From the IMG/VR virus record IMGVR_UViG_3300032245_001746, positions 124,001-188,000 of that record: 64,000 nucleotides of DNA. One strand, written 5' to 3'. A program made the translations under genes and the position numbers. Below the pieces are notes generated by a model that saw nothing but the letters and a program-made list of their open reading frames with translations, did not search any database and was not told the DNA's origin. This document shows, one piece after another, positions 10,267 through 20,100 of this stretch; the stretch's first letter is position 1, and each line of letters begins with the position of its first letter.

Positions 10267-11148
10267 TTAAAATGGTGGGTCATCTGGATCATTCTTAAAA
10301 GGCTTACTAATTTGTGGTTTAATTTTCTTTTTTCTTTTGTTTTTTAATAGTTGTCCACCTAGCAAATCCCATTTAATTTCTTTTGGATCTTCTTCATAAT
10401 CTTCATAACCATAATAATCCATTTCTGATTTTCGCAATCTATCTGCATCTGCGTATGGATTTGATCCTGCCCATAATGGATCTATTAAGACTAAAGATCC
10501 ATCTTTTCTTTGCATATAATTATTTTTGTTAAGATCAATATTTCCATTGAGTCCTGCTGTGGATATTATATAAAAAGCTTCAAATAATGGATATAATTTA
10601 GGATATTTTTCAAATAGTTCTATTTCTCTTTTATATACTTTTTCTTTTACTATTTCCCATTTATAATCTTTTCCTCTTCCTATTCTAGTTTGCTTTTCGA
10701 TTTCTTTATTTTCTTGACCATATTGTTTTGCTTCGAAATAAGAAATTGAATAGTCTATATTGTTAACAATTTGTTTCATTAATTCTTGATCATCAATTGG
10801 GTATAACAATTCAATTCTAGCAAGATAAATCATTGACGATGATTTCATTCTTTTGTAGAATGGCACAATTCTTTGTGGTGGACCATAAATTTTAGGAAAT
10901 GCAGGATGTGGATTTTTATATGCAAATCTAGCAAATCTTAAATAATATGGATCATCTTTAAAAGTTTTTACAACATAATTCCATTTTGGATGATAAAACA
11001 CTTCTCCACAACTTCCATTTCCAATATATTTTCCGCCTTCTGCATAGAATTCTTCCAATATTTCTTCTAATGATTTGTTTTTATTTAATGGATTTAAAAA
11101 CAAATCGGTTGGAGTGTCAAATGATTCATAAAAAAGTTTAAAATTCAT
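10267..11148 (-). CDS. Protein kinase-like protein with capsid-targeting-like leader
   Basis: IGNGSCGEVF Gly loop, YVVK lysine, DLNKNN catalytic loop, LIDP. Confidence 0.75.
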   Translation of the reverse strand: MNFKLFYESFDTPTDLFLNPLNKNKSLEEILEEFYAEGGKYIGNGSCGEVFYHPKWNYVVKTFKDDPYYLRFARFAYKNPHPAFPKIYGPPQRIVPFYKRMKSSSMIYLARIELLYPIDDQELMKQIVNNIDYSISYFEAKQYGQENKEIEKQTRIGRGKDYKWEIVKEKVYKREIELFEKYPKLYPLFEAFYIISTAGLNGNIDLNKNNYMQRKDGSLVLIDPLWAGSNPYADADRLRKSEMDYYGYEDYEEDPKEIKWDLLGGQLLKNKRKKKIKPQISKPFKNDPDDPPF

Positions 11149-11156
11149 GATATTTC

Positions 11157-11759
11157 CTAATAATAATGCACATTTGTGTTTTGATCTATATCATATGGAG
11201 TGTTCTTCAATATATTTATTGCCGTTCTAGTTTCAATTACTTTTGGGCTTATTAATGAAATAGGATTATCCCAATATACTTCTTCTACCGTTCCATGTTG
11301 TGGCATGTCAGTTGTTGTAAACATAATTGCAGAAATAGCTTCTGTCATATTTGCTTTTGTAAATCCTTTTGTTGTTAAATTTTTAAATTTTGGTTTTTCG
11401 AAATCTTTTGGATGAATTAGTTTATTAATATTTGATGCTTTATATATGCTAATGATATGATCAAATTGAACTTGAGGAACCCATTTTCCATACGTGCAAC
11501 TTATAGCAAAAACTCCTGCATTTCCGTAACCAAGTTTGTTTTCGTTAATAATTTTTTCAATATTTTCTTTTAAGGTAAAATGAATAAATTTATCTTTTTT
11601 TAATTCTAATTTGAAAAATTTTCTAGTATTATGTCTTTTCCAAAAATCTATTTGTTGAGAGTTATTTGGTTGTTTAGCCCAAATATTTTTACTAAATTCA
11701 CTTCCATGAAATTCTTCTTTGTCAAATTCTAAATTTTCAAACCACTTTTTAAAATTCAT
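11157..11759 (-). CDS. Putative ADP-ribosyltransferase-fold protein with leader
   Basis: FIHFT..NI.KI....L, GVFA, EEVYW spacing resembles H-class ARTs; leader MNFKKWFE. Confidence 0.4.
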   Translation of the reverse strand: MNFKKWFENLEFDKEEFHGSEFSKNIWAKQPNNSQQIDFWKRHNTRKFFKLELKKDKFIHFTLKENIEKIINENKLGYGNAGVFAISCTYGKWVPQVQFDHIISIYKASNINKLIHPKDFEKPKFKNLTTKGFTKANMTEAISAIMFTTTDMPQHGTVEEVYWDNPISLISPKVIETRTAINILKNTPYDIDQNTNVHYY

Positions 11760-12495
11760 TTGTTTTCCTTGTTATTTCAAAATTATTTCCATTCATTTTT
11801 AAATCCCAATCTTTATTGAAAAATCTATTAAATAATTTTTCATATACTGATGATCTTCTGTTTTTAATCATTTCAATTCCATGTTTGTAAGATGTAATTG
11901 CATTTCTTAATTCATTTGTGTTGAAATAAAATTCAAACGAATCTTTTTGAAGTTTATTAAAAATTGTTAAAATTTTGCCAAAATAAATGTTTATTTGATT
12001 TAAAAAATCTAAACAACTTGTGTCAGATTTTAAATTTGAAACTAATTCTTTGAAATAATTTATTATAATCAAATCTTGATTGTCAGTTTCATTTGTAATT
12101 TCTTCAAGTGATGAAAAAACTTTATTTTTTATTGGGTTTAAATTTATATTAGATATAATTTTTGAATCATTTTTATCTTCATAAGATTGAAAATATATTT
12201 TTTTAATATTGATCTCATCAGCTTTTTCTTTTATTAAATACAAAACTCCAGGTAATATTTCTGGATCTCTTCCAAGAATTTCGTTTCGTTCTGTTTTTTC
12301 ATATGATTCATTTACATAAAAAGACACTTCGTAAACTTGATCTTGTTTTTTAAAAAAAGTAACTTTAACTTCATTTTTTAATGAAGTTACAAAACTTAAT
12401 TCAATTATGTTATTACGAAATGATTTTTTTATAGAACCATTTGGCTTTCTTAATTCTACAATTTCATTTAATATCCATTTTTTAAATTCCAACAT
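11749..12495 (-). CDS. Hypothetical protein with leader
   Basis: MLEFKKWILNE start. Confidence 0.7.
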   Translation of the reverse strand: MLEFKKWILNEIVELRKPNGSIKKSFRNNIIELSFVTSLKNEVKVTFFKKQDQVYEVSFYVNESYEKTERNEILGRDPEILPGVLYLIKEKADEINIKKIYFQSYEDKNDSKIISNINLNPIKNKVFSSLEEITNETDNQDLIIINYFKELVSNLKSDTSCLDFLNQINIYFGKILTIFNKLQKDSFEFYFNTNELRNAITSYKHGIEMIKNRRSSVYEKLFNRFFNKDWDLKMNGNNFEITRKTNEF

Positions 12496-12546
12496 GTAAT
12501 ATTTATTTGTTTTAATATATAAATTCTAAAGAAAGGTTATAAAAAT

Positions 12547-12846
12547 ATGTTAACATTTAATAAAGTTTTAGAAAAAATTGATGAATCTCATTCTAATAAT
12601 TCTGAAGAATTTAATGATAAAGCAATTGCTACCATTAAAACTGGATTAAATTTGGATGAAGATTTTTGGGATAATTTTAAAAATATATGTAATTCGCCTG
12701 GTTTGGGAGAGTTATTGGGAGTGAGTAAAAACGTAATTTCAACATGGTATTCCAAAATAGATAAACATCTAAATAAAGTTGAAGAAATGGAATTAAATTC
12801 TTCTAAAAGAAATAAAATGATAAAAACTGGATACGAAGATGAATAA
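12547..12846 (+). CDS. Small protein with leader and possible HTH
   Basis: MLTFNKVLE..IDE; LGELLGVSKNVISTW. Confidence 0.65.
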   Translation: MLTFNKVLEKIDESHSNNSEEFNDKAIATIKTGLNLDEDFWDNFKNICNSPGLGELLGVSKNVISTWYSKIDKHLNKVEEMELNSSKRNKMIKTGYEDE

Positions 12847-13906
12847 AAATATTCAAACTGGACCTAAAATTGTTAAAGGGCTTTCTGTAGAACACATTAA
12901 TAAATTAAAGAATTTTAAAAACATGAAAGTTATAAATCAAAAAAATCAAAAAGTAGTTAAAAAACCATTAAAAACACAAGGGGTCACGCACCAATTTATA
13001 CCAAGACCAGACTCAAAATATCTTGTAAATCTAGCAGATAATGTTAAAAGAATTGAATTTCCAGAAAAAGGATCTTTTAATCCTGGATTGGTCAAGTTAC
13101 CAAACAGTAAAGATTACATTATGGTTTACAGACCAGATGAATATGGTTTTGTGGGATGTAAGTTGGATGAAAACTTAAATCCATATTCTGATTCATATTT
13201 CAAATTCAATGTAACAAATTGTGCAGATCCAAGAATAATATGGACTAATGATAATAAATTATTAATGGTTTATTCATCAACTACTGGAGTTGGATTAAAT
13301 TTAGAGTGCATTAGAGGCTCTATAATAATGGACTTAAATAAATCTGATTCTTTTATTAACACTGAACATTTTAGAATATCTCCTGAAGAATTAAACAGTA
13401 GACAAAAAAATTGGATACCTTTTTTGTTTAATGAAGAAATTTATTTAATCGCTTCAATATGTCCGCATATAATCTATAAATTTGATTTAGCTACTAAAAA
13501 ATGTACTAAAATATCTGAAGAGAAATGGTTTCATCCCTGGATTTATCCAGAACTCTTTTTAAGAGGAAACACGAATCCAGTTTTAATGGAAGATGGAAAT
13601 TTTTTATCAACTTTTCATACAGCAACTTGGTATGGAAAAACATGTTATTATGATAATGGTTGTTATGTCTTTGAAGGAAAGTTTCCTTTTAAGATACTTA
13701 GATGTTCCAATAGAACATATCTTCCTGCAGAAGGTGCTATAGAACCGCATTTTAGAAATTTGGGAAGAATTGCATGTACATTTCCTGTAGGAATGGTCTT
13801 GGAAAATAATGATTTATTAATCTCTTATGGAGATAATGATTCTGTTGTAAAAATAATGAGGGTTGATTTAAATAAGATGTTATCTTTAACTTTGGATATA
13901 TTTTAA
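12839..13906 (+). CDS. Beta-propeller glycosidase/phosphorylase (GH130-like)
   Basis: FNPG, ADPR, QKNWIPF, ISYGDND motifs. Confidence 0.65.
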   Translation: MNKNIQTGPKIVKGLSVEHINKLKNFKNMKVINQKNQKVVKKPLKTQGVTHQFIPRPDSKYLVNLADNVKRIEFPEKGSFNPGLVKLPNSKDYIMVYRPDEYGFVGCKLDENLNPYSDSYFKFNVTNCADPRIIWTNDNKLLMVYSSTTGVGLNLECIRGSIIMDLNKSDSFINTEHFRISPEELNSRQKNWIPFLFNEEIYLIASICPHIIYKFDLATKKCTKISEEKWFHPWIYPELFLRGNTNPVLMEDGNFLSTFHTATWYGKTCYYDNGCYVFEGKFPFKILRCSNRTYLPAEGAIEPHFRNLGRIACTFPVGMVLENNDLLISYGDNDSVVKIMRVDLNKMLSLTLDIF

Positions 13907-13908
13907 AA

Positions 13909-14883
13909 ATGATTACAATTACAATTCACACTGCATCTTTGGATAATTTTTTAATTTCTCAAGGAATACCAAGTTATTTTCAAGCCGTTGTAGATAATTT
14001 ATCACGTCAAACTTTTAAAAATTTTGAACTTGTATATATTGATACTTATTATGATGAAAATAAAGATAATTTTAGTCAAATTAAATCAAATTTTATAATT
14101 AAACATGTTCCAATACACAAAAATCACAGATACTGGTTTGATAAAGGACACGTTTATATTTCTGCTGCTAAAAATACAGGTATCATTTATGCAGACGGAG
14201 AGTTGATAATTTCATTTGATGATGGGGAATTCTTTCCAGAAACACTTTTATCAAATTATTGGGATCATTATAAAAATGGACATTTGATGCACGCATATCA
14301 TCATAGAATGAAATCTATAGATACCATTAATGGATTAGTTAAACATCCTGTTAATGGTGATATTTATATCAATGATAGTAGAAAATTTAATGCAGACTCT
14401 TGTTTTCACAGAAATGGTACATGGACATATGCAGGAACAAGTTTTTCTTTAGAGGATGCTTTAATATTAAATGGTTTTAATGAAAGATTAGATGGATATA
14501 AAAGTTTAGAAGATTGTGATTTTGGTCTAAGATTGGTGATGTTAAATAAAAAGTTTGTTATTGATAAGAAACTTGGATTTATCTACATTGTAGATCATCC
14601 TAGTTATGTTGATCAAAATAAAAAACAAATAAATGAATTTATAGCCATTGAAAATCATGGTTTATTAATGTGTGCAAAAGAATTATTTGAAATTGAAGCA
14701 AATAAATATCCTATTACAGATAAGCATTTAGAAATAATTAAAAGAGAAACGATTAAATACAGAAATTTCGATCCTTTAAGTAAAGGAAATGAAGATAAGT
14801 TAAAAGTTTGGTTAAAAACACCAACTTTTAATCTAAAACAGGAACGAGAAGAAATTAGAAAATCAAAAGATTGGAAATGGTAA
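13909..14883 (+). CDS. Glycosyltransferase (GT2-like)
   Basis: QTFKNFELVYID, SAAKNTG, FDD, NGFNE..G...ED.DFG.RL. Confidence 0.8.
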   Translation: MITITIHTASLDNFLISQGIPSYFQAVVDNLSRQTFKNFELVYIDTYYDENKDNFSQIKSNFIIKHVPIHKNHRYWFDKGHVYISAAKNTGIIYADGELIISFDDGEFFPETLLSNYWDHYKNGHLMHAYHHRMKSIDTINGLVKHPVNGDIYINDSRKFNADSCFHRNGTWTYAGTSFSLEDALILNGFNERLDGYKSLEDCDFGLRLVMLNKKFVIDKKLGFIYIVDHPSYVDQNKKQINEFIAIENHGLLMCAKELFEIEANKYPITDKHLEIIKRETIKYRNFDPLSKGNEDKLKVWLKTPTFNLKQEREEIRKSKDWKW

Positions 14884-14885
14884 TT

Positions 14886-15506
14886 ATGTCAACTTTAAAT
14901 AAAATACAACAAATATTGCCAACTATTCATGGTTGGTGTACTTTTGAAAAAGCATCAAAATTTTACAATTTTATTATAGAAGAAAAGCCAAATATATGTG
15001 TTGAAATAGGAGTTTTTGGTGGCTCATCTTTAATTCCTCAAGCTATAGCTTTAAAGGAAAATGGATCTGGTACAATTTTTGGCATTGATCCTTGGTCAAC
15101 AGATGCTGCTTTAGAATGCATGATTGATGAAGATAATAAAAAATGGTGGGGGCAATTAGATTTAGAAGATATTTATAAACATTGTCAAAATAACGTTAAC
15201 AAATATGAGCTTCAAAATTATTGCACACTGATTAAAGATAAAGCTGAAAATGCAGTTACAAGATTTGCAGACGAATCAATTGATTTGCTTCATATTGATG
15301 GAAACCATTCAGAAGATTTATCATATAAGGATGCTGTTTTATACTTACCTAAAGTAAAATCTGGTGGTTACATATTTTTTGATGATATTTATTGGACTGA
15401 AGGAGATAATCATGCAACCACAAGAAAAGCAATAGGATATTTACTTAAATCTTGTGATAAAGTAGAAGTTGTAAACAATGATTGTTTAATATTAAAAAAG
15501 AATTAA
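14886..15506 (+). CDS. Class I SAM methyltransferase (Methyltransf_24-like)
   Basis: VEIGVFGGSS, GIDPW, DLLHIDGNH, GGYIFFDD. Confidence 0.85.
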   Translation: MSTLNKIQQILPTIHGWCTFEKASKFYNFIIEEKPNICVEIGVFGGSSLIPQAIALKENGSGTIFGIDPWSTDAALECMIDEDNKKWWGQLDLEDIYKHCQNNVNKYELQNYCTLIKDKAENAVTRFADESIDLLHIDGNHSEDLSYKDAVLYLPKVKSGGYIFFDDIYWTEGDNHATTRKAIGYLLKSCDKVEVVNNDCLILKKN

Positions 15507-15510
15507 AAAC

Positions 15511-15870
15511 ATGAAAACATTTAAAGAATGGATGTTTAATGAAAATTTAAGTTTAATTCAAAGTTTTGCTCAACAAAATAATGTAGAATTAGATATTTAT
15601 GAATCATTTGATGACACAATAAAAATTTCAAGAATTTTTGTTCCTAAAGAATTGAGAAAACAAGGCTTGGGCACTAAAGTTCTCGAATTTGTTTGTAATT
15701 TTGCTGATTCTAATAATAAAATTATTTTATTGTCGCCATCAATTGATTTTGGTGCAACCTCGTTAAACAGATTATATTCTTTTTATTCAAAATTTGGATT
15801 TATTAAAAATAAAGGTAGAAAAAAGAATTATAAATACAGTGAAACTATGATTCGTTATCCAAATCGTTAA
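15511..15870 (+). CDS. GNAT acetyltransferase with leader
   Basis: VPKELRKQGLGT acetyl-CoA motif, FYSKFGF; leader MKTFKEWMFNE. Confidence 0.85.
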   Translation: MKTFKEWMFNENLSLIQSFAQQNNVELDIYESFDDTIKISRIFVPKELRKQGLGTKVLEFVCNFADSNNKIILLSPSIDFGATSLNRLYSFYSKFGFIKNKGRKKNYKYSETMIRYPNR

Positions 15871-15952
15871 ATTAAGAAAGTTTAAAGAACTGGATGGGTA
15901 GTTTTTCCTAAACCTAATTAATAAAAATATATTTGAATTAAATATATAAGTA

Positions 15953-16243
15953 ATGGAATATGTTTCACAAGGAATTTTAAATCTTAAATCTAGTGCTTCT
16001 TATTGTTTTTCAATAAAAAGGTTCTTTAAATATTCCATTAATGATTTTGTGTTTATTAAAGAAAAAGCTAAAATTGGCGTTTTAGATAGAGTATGTATTA
16101 AAAAATATTTTACTAATTTAGAATTAAATAAATATAAAGATACATTTAATAGAATTTGGTTTGAAGAAGAGTTAATTCCACATCAAGAAGCTATTAATTT
16201 ATCTATTGCGTTTTATGAAAGAAAAATTTTTGAAATTAATTAA
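15953..16243 (+). CDS. Hypothetical protein
   Basis: 96-aa ORF. Confidence 0.6.
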   Translation: MEYVSQGILNLKSSASYCFSIKRFFKYSINDFVFIKEKAKIGVLDRVCIKKYFTNLELNKYKDTFNRIWFEEELIPHQEAINLSIAFYERKIFEIN

Positions 16244-16247
16244 TAAC

Positions 16248-16619
16248 TTATTTATTAACAGGCATAATTTTCTTTAACTTATTAAGTTTAAAAATCATAT
16301 CACTATAATGTTTATATTTTTTAATTTCTTCATCTGTTAATCCACACTCAGAGTCATCAACAAATTCATTTGTACTTATAAAAGTATTTACATTTTTCAA
16401 TTTGTTTAATGATTGATAATAATCATCAAGAAGTTTTAATTTATCATCTTTAGTGCATTGGCTCGAAACATTAACAAAATGTCCATCTATATTTTTGATA
16501 TAATCGCCAGTTATTATAAAACAACCAGAAGAAATATATGTAAAAATATATTTTTTTATAAAATAATGATTTCCAAAATATTTAGATTTAAAATATGAAG
16601 ATTGAAAATGCATAATCAC
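16248..16619 (-). CDS. Hypothetical protein
   Basis: 123-aa ORF co-oriented with 16623..17069. Confidence 0.55.
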   Translation of the reverse strand: MIMHFQSSYFKSKYFGNHYFIKKYIFTYISSGCFIITGDYIKNIDGHFVNVSSQCTKDDKLKLLDDYYQSLNKLKNVNTFISTNEFVDDSECGLTDEEIKKYKHYSDMIFKLNKLKKIMPVNK

Positions 16620-16622
16620 CTT

Positions 16623-17069
16623 TTATAAATTAATATCAACAGCTATTCTTTCTCCTAAAGGAGTAGTGTCGGATTCAACCCTTGTAATAGATGGATTATT
16701 TATTGCTTTAAATCTTACAATATTGCCATCTATAGCAACCTCGCCTGCTAAAATTGATGCAATGATTTTAAGAGTGTCTTTTATGGATAAATTCCCTTCT
16801 ATTTCAATGTTATCAAGACCATTAGGCGATAATTGAGAAAGATTTACAGAAGTAAATGCTAAAACTTCATCATTTGAAGAATCGATAAATTTTATGCAAC
16901 CTTCAAAATCATTATTTAAATTATAATTCCATATATAAAATCCGCTTCCAATTTCTGTAAATCCTGTTGTAATCACAGAATCAACATTGTTTCCATCAAT
17001 ATCTGTTTTCTGAGCATTTAGGGTAATACCAGTTTTGCCTTTTCCTAAAGATAAAGAAAATACAGACAT
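16623..17069 (-). CDS. Probable virion structural protein
   Basis: C-terminal L..I.S.LAG...F......RV....G.R motif seen in phage structural proteins; AAGG RBS. Confidence 0.5.
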   Translation of the reverse strand: MSVFSLSLGKGKTGITLNAQKTDIDGNNVDSVITTGFTEIGSGFYIWNYNLNNDFEGCIKFIDSSNDEVLAFTSVNLSQLSPNGLDNIEIEGNLSIKDTLKIIASILAGEVAIDGNIVRFKAINNPSITRVESDTTPLGERIAVDINL

Positions 17070-17142
17070 TAAAATATTCCTTAATAAAAATTAATATATA
17101 CTATATAGTTATTTACATTAAATTTTAATTTGAAACTAAAAT

Positions 17143-20100
17143 ATGAATCAAGTATTTAGGGTGGTAACAAGATTACAAGATTTAGATGATTTTTATGGAT
17201 CATTAACTGATGATCAGTATTTATCATTTGATTCTTCGTTAGATAAATTTACATTAAAATCCTTCAATTTTATTCCAATAAGTGGTTATAACAATCCTAT
17301 TTCGCTAGGAAATTTGGGAGATTCTAATTCTGTTGATCCCTTACTCACAATATCCAGAACTATTTCATCTGGATCAACAAATGCTCATGCTTTTTCAGAT
17401 TCTTCAAATTTTATTCGTAATGGTTATGCCTATAATTCTTTTGATGCTAGAATTAATGCTGGATTTAGTGGTCATACATACGATCATTATGCAGCATTTC
17501 AATCTTTGCCAAATATAAATAATGGATCATGGTCTGATGTTTATGGATTTTATTCCTCAGCTACAGTAAATGGCAACATTACAAGATTCAATCATGCTTG
17601 GGTTGATGATTGTATTGGAACTGGAAGTATTACTACACAATATGGTTATTATTGTGCTTCATTAGCAAAAGCTACAAATAATTGGGCTTTTTATTCTGCT
17701 GGCAGTACGCCAAGTAGAATTGGGGAGCTATCTGTTGGTGATAAATTTTGGATTACTCCAACTAATACTTCTGTTGAAATTGGATATAATATACGTTATA
17801 AAAATGGAGATTGGTATCCTACAGAAACAAGTTCTTATTATTGTTTATTAGAACCTCATTATCCAAGCACAAATTCATTTGCTATATTTACTGGTACAAC
17901 ACCATCAGATGCAAACGCTCCAATTTCTGATTGGCATGTTAGTTTAAGATGTGCAAATGATTCTACAGCAATAGGACCATCTGGTCCATTTATATTTGGT
18001 ACTATATCTAATATGGTTCAAATTGGTGGAGTGTCATCATCATTCCCAGCAATTAAACGTAACGGCGCAGCAATTAATTTCAGAGTTGCTAACGACTCAG
18101 CAGATGCAGATATTACATCTAAAGGTCTTACAGCAAGTGGTCCTATATTATCTACTAACACATATACGTCTGCTACAAATTTTGAACAGCTTAGAATACG
18201 CTCTAATAGCACTCAATATGAAGTCAGTTCTATTGTTGGTTCTGCTGGTGGTAGCCCTAGACCTATTCAGATTGGACATACTAATGCTGCAGGAATTTTT
18301 AGTTCTGCTTTGAGTATTGCTATTGATGGTGGAGTTTTGGCTAGTGGCACTGTATCATCTGTCGGTTCCGTAGCGACAAGGTTCACCGCCGAACGAACAG
18401 CAACAGCAAACGCTCTAATCGAATTAAAGACATCTGCCGGTTCGATTTTTGTTGGTCAAGGTGCGTCCGGTATCTTCGGAGTCAGTAATGCACCAGATCT
18501 GACAGCCGCAGCGTTTAAAGTGACAACTTCAACAGGTGATGTGTCTGCCGGAGCTATCACAGCGAGCGGTAAAATAACTACCGGAACCTCAACCACATCC
18601 CAACAGGGACTGTTGACAAATCGAATTGACCCTATCGATCAGGGCGGAGTGCTGATAGGTTTTGGCAGCGGAAGTATCGGGACGATGATCGTTAATCAGT
18701 TCAATGTGGTATACCAGTCCACGACGCGGAAAGTTTTCTCCAGCACCACGAATTTGAATTCAACTGCTGACCTGTCCTACGGTCGGGACTCTGCGGGAGT
18801 GTTCGGGATTTATACGACTGCGGCGGGGTCAACAAAGGCGGCGTTGACTTGCGGGGCGATCACCGCATCATCTTTCAACTGGGTTCAAGCAGACTCTAGC
18901 GGGGGAAGAAACCGACTTATTGCGGGTGCGGCGAGTGGTATCGACATTCAAGCAAACGAAAACACGAATCCTTTATTTCGCATTACGTATGCTGGTACAG
19001 AATATCCTTTATCTATTACGCGAGCAGCAATTACTGCTAATGTGCCGATATTAGTTACAAATGTATATACATCTACGACGAATTTTGAACAACTTAGAAT
19101 TAGATCTAATAGCACGCAATACGAAATTAGCTCTATTATAGGGTCTGCTGGTGGTAGTAATCGCGATATAGTAATTGGTCATGTTGATGCTGCTGGTACA
19201 ATGACTGCCGCATTAACTGGTGTAACTATTTATGCTAGTGGACTTGTTGAATCCAGACGAGTGTATTTGTGGGAATCATTTCAAGGGCATTATTCGTTTG
19301 GGCGAAATGCGATTCTTGGTGCATCAAGTGCCGCAGGAGTTGTAGGTGGTGATTTTGGTATTACTGCAGCTACTAACGCTGCTGGCACAGTTGATACACG
19401 ACTTAGAAGACTTGGTAGCGGATCGCTTGGTCTTATTAGTGGGGATGCGAATTCTACGACATATGGAAGTTTTACTGCTGGAGCGATCACTGCTAATGGC
19501 TTAATAACAACCTCTGGGTCTGCTAACACTTACAGTGTAACATTACCAAACACTGTTGGTATTGCTGCTAGAAATTCAGGAAATACGGCGTGGAATCGCA
19601 TTCTCAACTACACTGCTGCGAATCAATGTGCCGTTGGCGATTTTGACGGCGGTGGCGGCGGCTTAGGGTTGTATGGATCTGGGGCTAATTTATGGACAAT
19701 CTCATCAGCCGGTCATCTAGCAGCAAGTGGCGCATTTAATATAACAACTACTGGCACTGTCACGGCACCAGTAGTTTCGTTCCCAAATACGACGACACCG
19801 GCATTCCCAGCTAGTGGCATTATAGCCTTCTGTCCGGGGTCTTCAGACCTATGGTTTCGATCTGCGTACGGAAGTAGTTACATCCAAATCGGCGGGGGCA
19901 GCACCACCACATTTGCATCTGCCGGAAATATGACGGTCTCTGGTGCTGGTGGGGTACGCCTGCAAAGCAATCCATTGTCGTCTGGACCGACAGTTTTTGC
20001 AAAAGTGCCATCAACAACAGCAATCAACTTCCGCAATAATGCAGATTCAGCGGACATCGATTTAACTGCGGGTGCGATCACAGTGAGTGGTCCTATACTT

